The notes beneath the pieces are model-generated. The model had not been told where the DNA came from, made no database searches, and saw only the letters and a program-made list of their open reading frames with translations. Below are positions 58,851 through 64,000 of a stretch of 64,000 nt of DNA, in pieces. Numbering within the stretch: position 1 is the stretch's first letter; each line of letters starts with the position of its first letter. Source of the DNA: Octopus vulgaris (lineage: Eukaryota). A program made the translations under genes and the position numbers. The stretch is taken from the NCBI GenBank assembly GCA_951406725.2, contig OX597824.1, forward strand, positions 48,422,001-48,486,000. Reading direction: 5' to 3'.

Positions 58851-59479
58851 ATTGTTCTACGACGTGGCTTCAATCTGCTGTTCAGAGTCGATGTGGAGAG
58901 CAGCGAAGTTGGCAGCTAACTCATCTCTGTGGTCAGCCATCTTCCGCCACTTGATTTTTACAGGACCAATTATTAGCGCTTATAGCTGCTGTTGGATAAT
59001 TGAGCCGAGTTTGAAGATAATAAGTGATGTGTGGCGATGGTATCTGATGAAATTACTTTAGCATCGGTCGTCAGTTAAAAATCTTAACGGCGTAGTATCC
59101 AGAAATACATCTGGTTAAGATTGTCTACAACTGATATATCTAGCTAGGTGGGAGTCGCGTTCTCTCTATTGTTTCCGTCGCCACATCACCGACCATCATG
59201 AATTTATGCAGAGCAGTCCCTTTTCGTGTCCACATTGTCATTTAGATCACTGATGATCAGGAAGCGTTTATCCGGGTTAATCGATTGTAGATGTATATCA
59301 AGGAAATTTCCGAGTGGTCGGTTCTAAATCGATCTCCAAATACACTAGGCGATCGGAAGTGTAAGTTAACGTCATTGATATTGTGTCGAAAATTCTTGCC
59401 GCTAATATCTACTGCTACACTGATCTTACTGGCCGTTAGGCATTGTAAAAGAGCTTGTAGACCTTACATAATTCATTAA

Positions 59480-60201
59480 CCTTAGTTCTCTTCCATTTTG
59501 ACTCCCGGAAGCAGATGTATCCCCCTCCAACCGAACACGCTTTGGATTTTCTGAGATGAGAAAAATTTCTGCCAGGATCAGATGGTGAACACACAGGGCA
59601 ACCGTTGCCTTGCCGTGTCCCCAAAACATGTAACAAGAGTGATACAAATCAAATATTCAGTCAACATCATGGTGTTTGGAGTGATCACTAGTGATAGTGA
59701 CGATATGCCTCCGTTTAATCTTCCCACACGGCCTCAGACTCAACATGGAGGTCTACATCAAGTGCCTGGAGGAGGTAGTGCTACCCTGAGTCAAAAGGGT
59801 GGCTGCTGGAAGACCCTATTTCTGGCAACAGAAGTAGAACACAGTCATGGCTGTCAGACAATTTCTGCGACCACATCACCATTAACATCTGCAGCCGCCT
59901 TGATTATTAGGTGTGGGACGCACTTGAGCGACAGAGACCACAAAACTCCTAGTAATATCAAAGATGAACTGAAGGCAAGGATTATGGCAGCATTCAACAA
60001 CTTAAACAAGGAGACCGTCCAGAAGAGTTGAAGGAGGTTCAGAAGTCGTCTGGAGGATATGGTTGAAGCGAACGGCGATTTTATTGAATAAATTTACTCT
60101 TTAGTATTTCAAGATACTTTATATAATTTTGGTAAATATATCTGATAAAATGAGATGTCAGTCTGGCGTAATTTAGACAACAGTTTATTTACTGCACACT
60201 G
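59480..60201 (+). mobile_element. Decayed Tc1/mariner transposase remnant, possibly maT/DD37D-like
   Basis: SVNIMVFGVITSDSDDMPPF and DELKARIMAAFNNLNKETVQKS*RRFRSRLEDMVEANGDFIE*. Ends ...actgcacactg|ta. Confidence 0.75.
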
Positions 60202-60280
60202 TATGTGTGTGTGTATATGTGTGTGTGTGTGTATGTGCATATATATGTATATATGTACGTATATATATGTATAAATATAC

Positions 60281-60342
<62 letters not shown>

Positions 60343-60441
60343 GTACATACATTTATACATAGATGTATATGTATACATACACACACACACTCACACAGAA
60401 ACACAGACACGCACGTAGATACACATATACACACACTTTCA

Positions 60442-60504
<63 letters not shown>

Positions 60505-60601
60505 ATATATATATATATATATCGTCAATGTATCGCAGTCAAATGACTGAGACAAGTATATATGTATACACACACACAAATGTGTTGGTGTATTTATATA
60601 G

Positions 60602-60638
<37 letters not shown>

Positions 60639-60824
60639 TTGTATGTATGGGTGCAGATGTGCAGATATATAACAATATAAATTTTTTAAATGGTTTTTTT
60701 CTTTCCTGCGGTTTTTCAAAGTCATACCTCTCTGACACTGACAAAAGCCTACACCGGATGCAAGAACATCACAACATCAACAATAACAAGCACAACAGTT
60801 ACAGCACCGATGATTGTAGCATCA

Positions 60825-61046
60825 CAACTACAACAACAAAAACAACAACTGCAGGAGCAACAACAACAACCTCAACAAAAACATCTACTACTACTACTAC
60901 TACTGCTGCTACTGCTGCTGCTGCTGCTGCCGCGGCTGCTGCTACCGCCGCCGCCGCCGCCATCACCACCACCACCACCACCACCACCGCCACCACCACC
61001 ACCACCACTACTGCAACTACTACTACTACTACTACTACTACTACTG
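60825..61046. repeat. Compound trinucleotide array (ACA/ACT/GCT/GCC/ACC)
   Basis: Stepwise motif transitions, mostly by single-base change, read directly. Confidence 0.85.
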
Positions 61047-61323
61047 GTACTACGGGTTCTACCCGTTCCATGCTACAAAATCTCACCGTTCTTTTCGTCT
61101 GATTTCGGTCAGCACAGTATGCTAAGCAAGAATAATTCACACTACCAAGCTACCGGTGCTGCTACCGGTGTTGCTGCTAGTGGTGCTGTTGGTGTTGCAA
61201 CTGTTGTTCATCATTGCTGCTGCAGATGCTGTTGCTGATGAAGCTGCTGCCACGGCGTCCAAACAAGTTCAGTTAGGAAAAAGTCCAAGAATTTCCTTTA
61301 GTTACACACATGCAAACACACAC

Positions 61324-61379
<56 letters not shown>

Positions 61380-61407
<28 letters not shown>

Positions 61408-61473
61408 TGATATAGATATAGATATATATATGCATATATGTATGCACGCATACATTTATACACACATACACAA

Positions 61474-61505
<32 letters not shown>

Positions 61506-61678
61506 TGATATAGATATATATATATATATGCATATATGTATGCACGCATACATTTATACACACATACACAAACACACACATATATATATATATATATATA
61601 TTGATATAGATATATATATGCATATATGTATGCACGCATACATTTATACACACATACACACATATATATATATATATG
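61380..61678 (+). repeat. Higher-order tandem repeat of a compound microsatellite, about 3 copies of ~100 bp
   Basis: (TA)n ttgatatagatata...tgcatatatgtatgcacgcatacatttatacacacatacaca occurs three times. Confidence 0.85.
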
Positions 61679-61827
61679 AACCCATAATGTGAATATATGA
61701 ATGTGTACTCATAGAAATACATGGCGTCTTATACATATGAAAGTGCATGTAGGCTAACACTAACGTATGTGCAGAAACGTACACACACTCGCACACATGC
61801 AAACGTACATGTGTGTGTGTGTGTGTG

Positions 61828-61902
<75 letters not shown>

Positions 61903-61964
61903 TGATTAACGTTTTATTTTCCCGGTTTTTTAGTATCCTCTACGTCAAATCAAAAGCTTTATAT

Positions 61965-62120
61965 ACGTGTGGCTGTGTGGTAAGATGCTTGCTTCCCAGC
62001 GATATGGTTCTGTGTTCAGCTCCAATGCATGACACCTTGAGCAAGTGTCTTCTACTATAGAATCGGGTCGACCAAAGACTTCTGAGTGGATTTCGTAGAC
62101 GGAAATTGAAAGAAGCCCGA
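61965..62120 (+). mobile_element. SINE family B head
   Basis: gtggctgtgtggtaagatgcttgcttccc...gcaagtgtcttctactatag...gtagacggaaattgaaagaagcccg. Confidence 0.75.
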
Positions 62121-62121
62121 C

Positions 62122-62157
<36 letters not shown>

Positions 62158-62359
62158 AAATTCAAAATGGGACGAGAACGCAAAACACCCGGATAACTAG
62201 GTGATACACAAGGGGACATGCACAGTGGGATTGAACTCGGAACCATGCGATAGGAAATCAAGCTTCTTACTACGCAGCCACTCCCGCGCCTATATATATA
62301 GAGCGAATATATATATTGTATTCTTTTATTTGTTTCAGTCATTTGACTCCGGTCATGGT

Positions 62360-62474
<115 letters not shown>

Positions 62475-62704
62475 CATATATATATATACACACACACACG
62501 CACACACTCACACACACATGCACACACACATTCCATCGCTTACGACGACAAAGGTTCCAATTGATCCGATCAACGGAACAGTTTGCTCATGAGATTAACG
62601 CGCAAGTGGCTGAGCACTCCACAGACACGCGTACCCCATCACATACTTCTCAAGGAGACTCAATGTGACACAGAAAGTGACAAGGCTGGCCCCTTGAAAT
62701 AAAG

Positions 62705-62855
62705 GTACTATTTATTTTTGCCAGCTGAGTGGACTGGTACACAGTGAAATAAAGTGTCCTACTCAAGGAGACAACGCGCCGCCGAGAATCGAACTCGCGA
62801 CCCTACGATTGCGAGCCGAATACCCTAACCATCTATCTATTTCAGCACACACACA

Positions 62856-62894
<39 letters not shown>

Positions 62895-63000
62895 TGGGGT
62901 TGCGAGTTCGATTTTCGGCGGCGCGTTGTGTCCTTGAGCAAGACACTTTATTTCACGGTGCACCAGTCCACTCAGCTAGCAAAAATGAGTAGTAGCTGTA
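62705..63000. repeat. Head-to-head inverted pair of tRNA-derived SINE segments around (CA)n
   Basis: ~62715-62802 is an imperfect reverse complement of ~62897-62986 (gcgagttcgatt...gagcaagacactttatttcac...cagtccactcagct). Confidence 0.8.
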
Positions 63001-63301
63001 AGTATATATACACATATATGAAGGTTGTGGCCTAGTGGTAGGCTGTCGCACTCACGATTGCTTGATTGTGAGTTCGATTCCCAAAGCTGGCGGCGCCTTG
63101 CGTTGAGATCTTGAGCAAAACACTTGAATTCTCGATGTTCTAGACCTCGTTTCGATCAGTGGAGGATGTTGGCCTGCTCGTCTAGCAAATGGAGTTGCGT
63201 CATTCGACAGCTAAAACGATGCAAAAAGCATTGTGACGATGCATTATGAGATGCATAAGAGCATCTGATAGTCTGGTCGGTTACGTGATCACATGATATG
63301 C

Positions 63302-63365
<64 letters not shown>

Positions 63366-64000
63366 AAATAGCTAGATAGATACATATATACATAGAGTAA
63401 TTACGTCATTAGCGTCAATCCAAGTTTCTAGAGAGATGCTGACAACGTAATTTTATCACCAGTACATCTCTTAAGAGTAACAGCTTGTAATCTGAGCACT
63501 ATCAAAAAATGCCTTTCTCACTACTATTTTTCTATTGAGTACGTTTGCCTCTTCTAAAACGCAAAAGTACATTGCGTGTGTGTATAGAGAGAGAGAGAGG
63601 AACAGAGAAAGAAAGACAGAGAGCCACAAAAACGTATTTTTGTAGGTTTGTGTTTGTGTATGTCTATATACATATAAGTATAATTGCATCCACACGTGCA
63701 TGTGTGTTTTAAATGCTGGAGATAAGGATTGAGTTGGATCAGATATCATGATATCTAGAGAAAGAGAGAGGGGTTGAAGTGAGGAAGAGCCTTAACAGTA
63801 CTAGAGGTTGTTGTAGTAGAAGTAATACAGTGAATGTGAGCGGCTGCAGGGAGATGTTCTTATAATCATCGATGATATTAAGATGGGGAATTACCTCGGA
63901 AAAGACACCACTCTTCTGATACAACCCCATTCTTTCTTTCTCTGTGTACATGTATGTGCTGACGAGGTTTGTCTGTATGTAGGTGCGTATTTTTTCTGGA

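Noticed and set aside
60647-61238. Poly-Q/L/P and poly-T/A ORFs of 151 and 182 aa as a host gene
   Set aside because: Several frames are open only because the trinucleotide runs lack stops. No domain or exon evidence.

Overview
AT-rich eukaryotic DNA packed with microsatellites. I find no supportable host protein-coding gene; most ORF-track hits are translations of simple repeats. The repeat families resemble those I recall from a coleoid cephalopod, probably Octopus; this is inference, not a database result. The main contents are: (1) 5'-truncated Tx1/L1-clade LINEs with (TATC)n on both sides, three of them carried in a ~4.0 kb tandem triplication (18994-30982); (2) R4/Dong-type restriction-like-endonuclease (RLE) LINEs, one lineage at (TAA)n and another at (CATA)n; (3) RTE 3' ends; (4) many tRNA-derived SINEs, one family sharing its 3' 41 nt with the Tx1 3' end; (5) mariner/Tc1, hAT-like, Merlin-like, Helitron and Helentron-like non-autonomous DNA elements; (6) several minimal type-I hammerhead ribozyme motifs, one downstream of a tRNA-derived Pol III head; (7) long near-perfect and interlocked inverted repeats. 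The best leads are the microsatellite-specific retroelements, the Tx1-SINE tail partnership and the hammerhead-bearing short elements. All coordinates and alignments were read by eye.
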